This document shows, in pieces, positions 11,979 through 21,468 of a stretch of DNA of 64,000 nucleotides (position 1 is the first letter of the stretch; every line of letters begins with the position of its first letter). The notes beneath the pieces are model-generated. The model made no database searches. It was not told where the DNA came from and saw only the letters and a list, made by a program, of their open reading frames with translations. A program made the translations under genes and the position numbers. The DNA is from Nemertoderma westbladi (taxonomy: Eukaryota; Animalia; Xenacoelomorpha): assembly GCA_032718475.1 (NCBI GenBank), contig JAUCBJ010001555.1, positions 26,825 through 90,824 on the forward strand, given 5' to 3'.

Positions 11979-13311
11979 TGTGCAACCCCGACGTCGACTG
12001 TTTCGGCGATCCCACCGTCCATCCCAATTCTCGCCCTAGAGACTCCCCCGAACTCCCTGACGAAGTCCAATGAAGTTTGTCTAGGCCCGCCTGTTCCTCG
12101 AAGCCGTAACTCTGTGCCCTGGCCTCCTCTTCCCTCTCCTCTGCTTCTATCCTCTCCCGTCTAGCGACTTCTTCCAGTCGCTTTGCTTCTCGTCTGTCCG
12201 CCTCTAGCTGCTCCCATCTCTGATATGGTGTATCTGTCTCCCCGTCTACCAGATGTCGGCTGTTGTAGTACACCGACTCGCCCTTCAGCCCCGGGTGGTC
12301 TACCAGACCGTCAAAGGCCACTTTAAAGGCTCTCCTGTAGCTTAGGGGTGATCCCGATAACAGAAATGCCCCTGGTTCCCTTTCGATAACTACGGTCATG
12401 AATAAGTTAAGCAAACTTATCATCATCCAGTCCTCCTGCAGGATATATCGCTTCTGATATACCTTTATCGCTCCTCTGCGAAACTGATATACCTCCTGCT
12501 TTCCCGGTCTCGCTCCCCACTTCAGCGAGTTCGCTAGTTCTGCTCCGTATTCTTCCCTAAACTTCCCCCAATCCATTGGTTTGTGGCATACGAGCCCCAA
12601 TAATTGGCCCATCGCCACCGCCCCGCATTGACCTGTGTTTTCGACCACCCCCAACCCATCCGGTGCCGTCATAGCCATAAAGACTTTCTGCATATCCAGG
12701 AGGTTGGTGGCGTCCGGACCGATGATCCTCTCCGCGTCCTCGCGAATCGCCGATCCCACTTTCGTCGTCGACTTCTCTCTTACTAAGACTTGTACCGCTT
12801 TCGGCAATCGGTCTAATTTCGGCCCGTCCTTCTTCCCATACGTCCCTAGGTCGAATAAGAAGATGTCCCAATTTGGCGCTGCCAAATGCAAGAGTATGGT
12901 CCTGGCCAACCCTGCCGTTCCTCGTCTCGAACCCGCTTCGTCTTCCACGGTTCCCTCGTCATCTAGGATCATATATCCTCCTCTGTTGACGGACTCTATG
13001 AATCTTTTCCAGTCCTTCCTCGGCGATTCCCTCGGATACTTCGGAATCCCGAACTTCGCCTCGTCTCCTTTCACCACGTAGTGGAAGTGTTGGAAGATCG
13101 CGTTGTCCAGCGACGGCGTCCCGTAGGTCCCGACCAACCGCTGTTCGTGCGCCTCCCGGAAGTGATCCTGCAGCGCTCGTGCCGCGTGACCCCTTTCCAA
13201 CCTCTCGTAGTATCCTCTCGTCTTCTCCTCTGGGTGTCTTTCGGTGAAATCCACCAATATTTCTTTTCCTCCTGACTCCGCCTTTCTCTTCCTGATCAGC
13301 TTACTCGCCAT
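11979..13311 (-). pseudogene. 5' half of the BEL element 1 accessory ORF: DEDDy/WRN-like 3'-5' exonuclease domain (disrupted by Gypsy insertion)
   Basis: ExoI YMILDDEGT, ILLHLA, IFLFDL, LPKAVQVLV...KVGSAIREDAERI (ExoII), LLDMQ, and ExoIII-like QKRYILQED. Confidence 0.75.
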
Positions 13312-13809
13312 TCCGAACACTACACTCGCTCACCTGCAGGGTGGTGCCTTACCAAGGCGCAATACAGATGAGTGAAGTATTTAAGATGTTTCGTACAGTT
13401 CGATAATGGCCTACTTTTCTACTTAACTGCGCCTTTCAAGCTTAATTTAATCTAATTAATTTCGGAGCTAGTAAATCAGCCTAATTTACAATTTCCGTCC
13501 GTTACTTTTATTATGTTCTAGAACGACTTTCCTTGTGTTACCACTATTTTTCGATTTTAGCCCTATTCTATTTATTTATTTATTTTGCTTTGATTCTACT
13601 GTCCTACTACTTACTACTGCCTATGGATTTATTCTATTCTCTCTCTGATCCATATTCTGGCCTACTCAGTGGGCCTATGCAGTACAGCAGTATGCGTCGT
13701 GTGGCCACACGATTTATCCAGCTGCACTCATATGCCCCCCTCTCGCTACTAACTCTACTTACTGCTAATTAATATCTATATCCTATTTACCCCTTTTATC
13801 TCTCGCTCT

Positions 13810-14672
13810 CTCTCTCTAACTAATGGTACTACGTACCTACTAACTCTAACTCTAACTAGGTACTACGTACCTACTAACTCTAACTAACTATTGGTACTAC
13901 GTACCTACTAACTCTAACTAACTATTGGTACTACGTACCCTCTAACTCTAACTAGGTACTACGTACCTAGTAACTCTCTAACTATCGGTACTACGTACCC
14001 TCTAACTCTAACTCTAACTAGGTACTACGTACCTACTAACTCTCTAACTATCGGTACTACGTACCCTCTAACTCTAACTAACTATTGGTACTACGTACCC
14101 TCTAACTCTCTAACTATCGGTACTACGTACCCTCTAACTAACTAACTCTAGGTACTACGTACCTACTAACTAACTAACTCTAGGTACTACGTACCTACTA
14201 ACTCTCTAACTAACTCTAGGTACTACGTACCTACTAACTAACTAACTCTAGGTACCACGTACCTACTAACTAACTAACTCTATTGGTACTACGTACCCTC
14301 TAACTCTCTAACTATCGGTACTACGTACCCTCTAACTAACTAACTCTAGGTACTACGTACCTACTAACTAACTAACTCTAGGTACTACGTACCTACTAAC
14401 TCTCTAACTAACTCTAGGTACTACGTACCTACTAACTAACTAACTCTAGGTACCACGTACGTACTAACTAACTAACTCTAGGTACTACGTACCTACTAAC
14501 TAACTAACTCTAGGTACTACGTACCTACTAACTAACTAACTCTAGGTACTACGTACCTACTAACTAACTAACTCTAGGTACTACGTACCTACTAACTAAC
14601 TAACTCTAGGTACTACGTACCTACTAACTAACTAACTCTGGGTACTACGTACCTACTAACTAACTAACTAAC
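13810..14672. repeat. Array of ~26 hairpin units (core TAGGTAC-TAC-GTACCTA plus (TAAC)n linker, ~28-36 bp period) inside BEL element 1
   Basis: I counted ~26 GGTACTACGTACC cores between the integrase stop and the extra ORF. Confidence 0.93.
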
Positions 14673-14794
14673 TGTGTATCTACTATTATTTTTATTTTAT
14701 TTTTATTTTTATTTGTGTGGGAAGGGCGTCTCGCCCTCAATCCCACCCCCCTCAGTCCAAAACTTGGACGACTAAACTTCACTCTAACTCCGCT

Positions 14795-16336
14795 TTAAGG
14801 TGCCCCTTCTAGAAGACAGCATTTACCTACCGCTCTCCTGTAGGTTTTTCTGTCCTTCGCACCTATCTTTCCACCTATCCGCACTTCTACCGATCGGACT
14901 CTTCCGTCCTCGTCGGAGTAGGTGCCTACAACTCTCGCCAACCGCCATTGGTTGTTGATGATAGTATCATCCGTGACGATTACGAGATCTCCCTCTCTTA
15001 ACTCCCTGTTTGGCTTCCTCCACTTGCTTCGCTTATGGAGCGTGGGTAGGTATTCTTCTACCCACCTCCTCCAATACTCTGCGCTAATTGCTTTAGCTAC
15101 TTTCCAACTTTGGCGGGAGTGTATATCATCTGGGTCTACACCCCGCATATCGATGGTCGCTGGCCTTTCCATCAGAAAATGGCTAGGCGTCAACACGTCT
15201 AATGACTCAGGGTCATCATTCTCCGGATATAGCGGTCTGCTATTAATGATCCCCTCGCACTTCGCAAGTACTGTTCGTAAAACGTCCTCAGTGACCATGT
15301 GGGTGTTCATTAACTTCGTCATTAGACGCTTTGAACTGCCCACCAATCTCTCGACGCATCCTAGTGTATGTGGTGCATACGGCGTCCTTCTCTCCCACTT
15401 TACTTGTCGTCTTCTCATGGCCGCCCTGACTTCTTCTCCTTCTAAGATGTCCAAGGCCTCTGCCATCTCACTCTCTGCGCCCACAAAGTTGGTGCCGTTG
15501 TCGCTGTATATCACTGCGATCGTCCCACCTTTGCGGTCCCTAAACCTTTCTAAGGCGTTAATGAATGCTGATGCGGTTGCATCTTGGGCGAGTTCTATCC
15601 CTACCGCCCGCGTATTGTTGCATACGAAGATAATACCGTAGCGTTTCTCCGTGTGTCGCATCACCTTGATCTTTATCGGCCCGAACATGTCCACACCGCA
15701 ATGCGTAAATGGCGGGTCGTGCTGTCTTACCCTACTCGCCGGTAGTGGCGCCATCTCCTGTACGGCTCGTTCCTTCTTCGCTCGTCGGCAGGTCTGGCAC
15801 TGCCCCACTACCGCTTTAACCTTCTTCCTTAGTTGTTTGACCCAATAGGTCCTCCTTATCTCTGTGAGGGTTCGGTTGGTGCCCCCATGCAGTATCGATT
15901 TGTGGGAGTCCCATATGATCTGGTGGACTATAGGCGATCCTGTGGGAATGATGATGGGTTTCGGTGGCACGACTATACTGTTGTTATATCCCACCCTAGA
16001 ATTCATTACTAGAATCCCATCCTCGTTGAGTTGTGGCGACAGCGTGATCAACTCGCTATCCCGTCGGAGGTGCTGTTGGTTACCGACGCGTTCCACCTCG
16101 TCGCCGTAGTTCTTGCGTTGTTCATAGCGGATCACTGCCTTGGCCGCTCCTTCCAGATCTATGGTTGTCCTGGTCTTCTTGTCCTTGCCGACTCCCGCAA
16201 GGAAATTCCCAAAGGCTCTCCAGTACGCCACTAGTTTCTTGGTCTTATACCAACTAGAACTGTAGCTGAGGAGTTTATCCGTCGGGTTATCGCACAGTTC
16301 CCTTCCTGGTTGCACGTCCCTAATCTCCCTCACCAT
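14795..16336 (-). CDS. pol: BEL element 1 integrase (frameshifted from RT-RH)
   Basis: HHCC zinc finger (HKSILH...CQTC), GVDMFGP, YSDNGTNFVGA, VERLVGS; BEL-type C-terminus (WVEEYLPTLHKRSKW...GDLVIV). Confidence 0.95.
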   Translation of the reverse strand: MVREIRDVQPGRELCDNPTDKLLSYSSSWYKTKKLVAYWRAFGNFLAGVGKDKKTRTTIDLEGAAKAVIRYEQRKNYGDEVERVGNQQHLRRDSELITLSPQLNEDGILVMNSRVGYNNSIVVPPKPIIIPTGSPIVHQIIWDSHKSILHGGTNRTLTEIRRTYWVKQLRKKVKAVVGQCQTCRRAKKERAVQEMAPLPASRVRQHDPPFTHCGVDMFGPIKIKVMRHTEKRYGIIFVCNNTRAVGIELAQDATASAFINALERFRDRKGGTIAVIYSDNGTNFVGAESEMAEALDILEGEEVRAAMRRRQVKWERRTPYAPHTLGCVERLVGSSKRLMTKLMNTHMVTEDVLRTVLAKCEGIINSRPLYPENDDPESLDVLTPSHFLMERPATIDMRGVDPDDIHSRQSWKVAKAISAEYWRRWVEEYLPTLHKRSKWRKPNRELREGDLVIVTDDTIINNQWRLARVVGTYSDEDGRVRSVEVRIGGKIGAKDRKTYRRAVGKCCLLEGAP

Positions 16337-19313
16337 CTGGGAGTATATCTCTTCTCCCTCTGAATCTCCCTTCTCCTTCTGATACTGGTTCCGAGCCCGG
16401 GTCCACCTTCCTCATCGGCGGCCAGGCCTCTCTATCGCTCAGAAATTGTGGCCCATGTTGCCACAATACTTCCTTCTTCAGGAAAGTGTGGCGTTCCACG
16501 CCCCTCGACAGCAAGTCCGCTGGGTTCTCATCTGTTGGGCAGTAGTGCCACCTTTCCAGTTCTGTGCTCGCCCTTATTTCGTCCACTCTATTCGCGACGA
16601 ATATCGGGTATCTCGTCTTTTCGTTGTGTAGCCAACCAAGCACTACCATGGAGTCCGTCCAGTAGTGTGTCTCCACTATGTTGGGAATTGTATCCACTAG
16701 GTAGGCTGTGGCTCTAACTCCTAGTCTCGCAGCTGTCAATTCTAACTTGGGAACAGATGCTGAATCTGGCGGCGTTGACTTAGCTTTGCTAAAGGCTAGT
16801 CTGGGCTTGTGAGGCCCCTCTCGTTGTACTAAATAGAGTGCCGCTCCGTATGCCTCTAACGACGCGTCGGAGAACATATGTAAGTCCAGATTCGTCATGT
16901 TCCCGTCCGGAAAATACACTCGCGGCATGTTGTATGTTCCCATCCTCTCCAAGTCTCCTGTCCATTTGCTCCACTGTTTCTTGATGTCCTCTGGTACCTC
17001 TACATCCCACTCATCCTTCAATTTATATACTCTCTTGAGTATCTGTTTCCCCGTGACTAGTAGTGGGGATGCTAGGCCTAGGGGATCGTATATCCTTGCT
17101 ATATACGATACATAACCCCTCTTCGTATGGGTGTCTGCGCCCTCCTGGCTCAGCTGATACTTCAGTTCGTCTGTTTTCCTATCCCACACGATTCCCAATG
17201 CCTTCTGCTGGGATTCCGTTCTCTTAATCGCCATGTCCTGTCCTTTGGCTGTTGTAGGGTTGTCCATGGTCGATTCTGGTTTCTTGTCTTCTATTTCCTT
17301 GATAAATTCTTCTGAACTGGATTGGAATTTGGTCAGGTTGAAGCCGGATCCTTTCAGGATGTCGCGAACCTCGCGCCCTGTTTCCAGTATCTCCTCAACC
17401 GTATTTCCAGACTCCATACCGTCGTCTACGTAGAAGCCGCGTCTGATCATATCGACGGCCCTACTGCTGTATCTATCTTCCTTCCCCTTTACCGTGTCTC
17501 TCACTGCCATAGTCGTCGTAAATGAGGACGACTTGGCCCCCATATTTTGTACTACCATCTTATACGCTGGTATTACCGGCGGTTCTTCTTCGCCGTTATA
17601 CCATAAGAAGCGTTGACTGTCACTATCTTCTTCCGTTACACGTACCTGGTTGAACATGCCTTCTATGTCACACGTGAAGGCGTGTTTCCCGTTTCGAAAC
17701 CTAAGTAACACCTCTATGCCCGAATTGTAAATATTTGGGCCTTCCAACAGGTAATCGTTTAAGCATTTTCCGTCGGTCTTTGCCGATGCATCGACTACCA
17801 TCCTCAGTTTACCTTTCTTTGGGTCTAATGCTACGTGGAGTGGCAGGTAGTATGTCCTGTCCGTATTCGGCTCGTCGACCGGTAACTCCACGGCCCATCC
17901 TTTCTCGACGTACTTCTTAATGGTTTTGTGAATGTACTCGTTCTTCTCGGGGCTCCGTTTTAGTGTTTGTTTCAGCTTGCGGAGTCTCGTGAGTACCATC
18001 CCTCTATTATCGGGTAGCGGTATCTTCGGTAGTTTCCATACCATTCCTATTGTATACCGCCCCTCATCACACGTCATCGATTCCTCCACGCTTTGTAGAG
18101 CCTGTTTGTCTTCTACCGAGGTCCCGACCCCGGTCTCTTTCAGTCCCTCAAAGTCTTGCCTGAGCAGTCTTTTAAGCTGCTCCTCTGCTCCCTCATCACC
18201 CATTTCCTGCATTGTTCCCGCGAACATGCATCCTGATGTCTCCGACATCCTGAATGGTATCTTGCTCTTAATTGGACCACTCAGCGTCCACCCGAATGGC
18301 GTTAGTATAGCCACCGGGTCGCTCTGCTTGTCTTCGCCGAAGACCGTTTGCATTCTTTCGTGGGCCGTCGGGCAGTCCATTCCTACTATGATGGATACCT
18401 TCCTAACGTCCACGTCTGGGATCGAGAAGTCAATGTCGTCCAGGAATTTGTATTGCTCGACCTCGATGTTGGTTGGCCGCCTGGCATTGATGTTAATTGA
18501 CTCTATTACTTGGATGGGGTCGATGGTTGCCCCATAATCGCATCCTGGTGCTACTGCTGCAATTGCGCACCGTCCTGTCCTCATCTCTAGGATCTCATCT
18601 TTGCTAGAGATGGTTGTTACCGCCATCCTGCTTGGCCTTGTTCTCAATCCTATTTCTTCGGCTACCCATTCCTCTACTAATGTGAAGGCAGCTCCGCTAT
18701 CAACCAGCATCAGTGTTGTTACTGATCGATTGCCTTCCCCGATCACTCGTACTGGTACTACTCCAAGTAGCACTGTTCCTCTCTTCTTCGCCCCTACTGT
18801 GCTCGTTGCCATCGTCTGGCCTCTCCTTTGGCCAAACTTGACCGGCTTCTCTTGGCATTCCCTGGCCTTGTGTCCACTCTTCACACATCGCGAGCAGATT
18901 TTATTGCTCGACGCGTAATCTATCTGGTCTTGCCTCGGTAGCGCCTGCCAGTACCTGCAGTTCATGGTTTTATGAAGCGCATTTGCGTGTAACTGGCATT
19001 TGCTCTTTGGGTCGTAGCCCTCTTTATACAATGCATTGCGTATCGCAGTTATGTTTGTACCAAAGTCCCTACTATTCTTATTGACTGGATTTGGCCTACT
19101 GGACGTACTGGGGTTATGTTTATTCATGTTGTTATTGTTCCCCTGTCCGTCCCTTGATGTTGTCTTATCTTCGTTTGTCTGTGGACTTGCAGTCCCCTGC
19201 GTCGCTGCATATGGCAATGATTGCCTGAGTCTCGGTAATGCGTTCGATGTGTTGTGCTCTGGTTTGGGCCTGTGGTGAGTCTGTCTTTGGTCCCTTTCCC
19301 AGGCTGTCTTCAC
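16320..19313 (-). CDS. pol: BEL element 1 Cys/His knuckles, protease, reverse transcriptase and RNase H
   Basis: CSRCVKSGHKAREC; LVDSGA; YYLPLH...LRMVVDAS; DIEGMFNQV; FYVDD; LHMFSDASLEAYGA; WTDSMVVL; NPADLLSRG. Confidence 0.95.
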   Translation of the reverse strand: MKTAWERDQRQTHHRPKPEHNTSNALPRLRQSLPYAATQGTASPQTNEDKTTSRDGQGNNNNMNKHNPSTSSRPNPVNKNSRDFGTNITAIRNALYKEGYDPKSKCQLHANALHKTMNCRYWQALPRQDQIDYASSNKICSRCVKSGHKARECQEKPVKFGQRRGQTMATSTVGAKKRGTVLLGVVPVRVIGEGNRSVTTLMLVDSGAAFTLVEEWVAEEIGLRTRPSRMAVTTISSKDEILEMRTGRCAIAAVAPGCDYGATIDPIQVIESININARRPTNIEVEQYKFLDDIDFSIPDVDVRKVSIIVGMDCPTAHERMQTVFGEDKQSDPVAILTPFGWTLSGPIKSKIPFRMSETSGCMFAGTMQEMGDEGAEEQLKRLLRQDFEGLKETGVGTSVEDKQALQSVEESMTCDEGRYTIGMVWKLPKIPLPDNRGMVLTRLRKLKQTLKRSPEKNEYIHKTIKKYVEKGWAVELPVDEPNTDRTYYLPLHVALDPKKGKLRMVVDASAKTDGKCLNDYLLEGPNIYNSGIEVLLRFRNGKHAFTCDIEGMFNQVRVTEEDSDSQRFLWYNGEEEPPVIPAYKMVVQNMGAKSSSFTTTMAVRDTVKGKEDRYSSRAVDMIRRGFYVDDGMESGNTVEEILETGREVRDILKGSGFNLTKFQSSSEEFIKEIEDKKPESTMDNPTTAKGQDMAIKRTESQQKALGIVWDRKTDELKYQLSQEGADTHTKRGYVSYIARIYDPLGLASPLLVTGKQILKRVYKLKDEWDVEVPEDIKKQWSKWTGDLERMGTYNMPRVYFPDGNMTNLDLHMFSDASLEAYGAALYLVQREGPHKPRLAFSKAKSTPPDSASVPKLELTAARLGVRATAYLVDTIPNIVETHYWTDSMVVLGWLHNEKTRYPIFVANRVDEIRASTELERWHYCPTDENPADLLSRGVERHTFLKKEVLWQHGPQFLSDREAWPPMRKVDPGSEPVSEGEGRFRGRRDILPDGEGD

Positions 19314-21063
19314 TATAGACTGGGTCCGTTATTAGTTCAGCCTCGTAATTTAAGAAGTTTGACATTTCTTCTAAACCTGGTTCCGCACCCTTCTTGTCTC
19401 GGGTGGAGAAAGCGATCTTCCTCCATTTGTTGCGCAGCCAGCTCGGTAGTGCCTGCGCTATCGTGGTGATGTTATTGGACGCGTTGAGCTCGTATGGCGC
19501 GTCTAGCGTCTTCAGCACGATCAGCGCCTTCTCGACTTTGTTAGCAAACGTCTTAATGCTAACGGGATTATCCTGTAGGCCACCCGATGTTATGCCTCTC
19601 AGCGTTTGCCTGATGATCTTGGCCGGGTGCCCGTATTCCCTATCCAGTGCCCGCCATGCTGTCGTGAAGCCGCCCTCTATTCCCTGATATTGCCTCACGA
19701 TGTCGTATGCTGGGCCTCCCGTGTACACTTGTAGATACTTTAGGCACTCCGCCTGCGTCAAGTTTTTTGTTAGTATTTCGTTACTATACATTCGCCGAAA
19801 CTGTAAGTATTCTTCCGGCCTGCTCCCATCGAATTTGAACGGTTCCACGGGTGGTAATTCGATCCTCGTTTTCAACGCATCGATCAACGTGGCCATCCCC
19901 ATTGCCTGCGCTTCTAATGGATTCGACGGGTGCTGTATAGTTTCCCCTGTCTGGTGCGGTTCGTCCGTCCTATTTCTTGATCTTCTCTGACTCGGATATG
20001 TCATCGGGGGTAGCGGCCCCCTCCATATGTCTGTATCACACGACCTGTTTTCATCTAGGGGTCTCGTTGTTCTTGTTCCTGTCGGGGTATATTGTTGATA
20101 TTGTGATGGGGGAATGTCACCCTGTCCCCCCCCCCCCACCGGTATGTCTGGTACTGGGGTTGATGTTAATATGTTGGGGCCCATACACCTATCCGCAATA
20201 ATTCCCCCCTCCCCTGGGTATATGTTATGTCCCTGCATGCTGTAGTCATACTGCTGTGCTGGTACCGGTATAGGCCTATCAGCTTCTGGCCTACTCGCCG
20301 GTATGTATTCCGCGACTTCCGGGTTTAATCCCGTTGTCCGCGCTATCCTATCGCCTACATTGCCTCTCTCAGTATGGCCTACGGTATGTGCAGTAAGACC
20401 TACAGTATGCCCTACAGTCTGCATGTGTTGCTCGGGATCGAAGTTTATTCTTCTCGAATAATCCTCCCCGCGGCTACCGTATTCTCGATCGGTAGGTATA
20501 TTCCGTCGGAAAGTTTCTCTTCGACCCCCCTCTCCACTGTTTTCATCTTCGTACCGGTACATCGCGTACCCCTCTCTCGGCGTGTAATGCGTCTCACCGG
20601 ATCGCATCCCTCCGGGGCGACGGCAATCTCCCGGAGTCCGACCCCACTGACTCTCCGTTCTCATCTCGACTACCGACGGCTCGCTGTCCGTCCTCGCTCT
20701 TCTATCGTTTGCGGCGATACTTCTACTACTGTCTTCCTCTCTTCTCCTATCAGTGGAATATTCCCGCTCACGAGATCTCTCGTCGACCTCCCGGTTAAAC
20801 CCCACTGTTCTTCTTTCCTCCTCTGATCGGGCTCGATGCTCCGTCTGCCCTCCCGCGACGTCAACCTGTCTTTCTCTGCTCGATCGCACGTCGCTGGGGA
20901 TACTCGCAATCCCCCTATTACTTTCCGTCGCCGGTTGTTGCGGTTTACCTTGTTCGGCCCTCGCATTGTCCGCTGACGGCTGTGGGACACTCTCTGCCCC
21001 CCCCCCCCCCCTCTCGCCGCTAACTCTCTGTTGTGGGGCCCTTGTAGCCCCCCCCCCCCCCAC
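19165..21063 (-). CDS. gag: BEL element 1 Gag (DUF1759-like capsid region)
   Basis: LPPVEPFKFDG...YLQFRRMY...LKYLQVYTGGPA...AWRALDREYG is typical BEL/Pao Gag. Confidence 0.85.
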   Translation of the reverse strand: MGGGGATRAPQQRVSGERGGGGAESVPQPSADNARAEQGKPQQPATESNRGIASIPSDVRSSRERQVDVAGGQTEHRARSEEERRTVGFNREVDERSREREYSTDRRREEDSSRSIAANDRRARTDSEPSVVEMRTESQWGRTPGDCRRPGGMRSGETHYTPREGYAMYRYEDENSGEGGRRETFRRNIPTDREYGSRGEDYSRRINFDPEQHMQTVGHTVGLTAHTVGHTERGNVGDRIARTTGLNPEVAEYIPASRPEADRPIPVPAQQYDYSMQGHNIYPGEGGIIADRCMGPNILTSTPVPDIPVGGGGQGDIPPSQYQQYTPTGTRTTRPLDENRSCDTDIWRGPLPPMTYPSQRRSRNRTDEPHQTGETIQHPSNPLEAQAMGMATLIDALKTRIELPPVEPFKFDGSRPEEYLQFRRMYSNEILTKNLTQAECLKYLQVYTGGPAYDIVRQYQGIEGGFTTAWRALDREYGHPAKIIRQTLRGITSGGLQDNPVSIKTFANKVEKALIVLKTLDAPYELNASNNITTIAQALPSWLRNKWRKIAFSTRDKKGAEPGLEEMSNFLNYEAELITDPVYSEDSLGKGPKTDSPQAQTRAQHIERITETQAIIAICSDAGDCKSTDKRR

Positions 21064-21468
21064 CCGCTACATTCTACTTCGCTACCTCTCGCCCCGCTAC
21101 TATATATCTCTCTAGTCGACACATCAACCCTACCACAGTCGGGTCTGTTCACCCCCGCCTCTCCCTCTGCTATTGCGTGGCCTTCCAGGCCCTCTACTCC
21201 CTGCCTACCAACTACGCGGCCTACCAGGCCCTCTGCTCCCTGTCTACTAACTACGTGGCCTACCAGGCCCTCTGCTCCCTGTCTACTAACTACGTGGCCT
21301 ACCAGGCCCTCTGCTCCCTGTCTACGTAGGCCCGACGTGTTTACATTAATAGCACCCATATTGGAAACGGAATTAATTTGCTCATTTGAAACAAAATTAT
21401 TTGTATTATTCTGCGCGACTACGTTATCTGAATTATTTTGTAAATTCGGGCTAAGATCATTATTTGAA

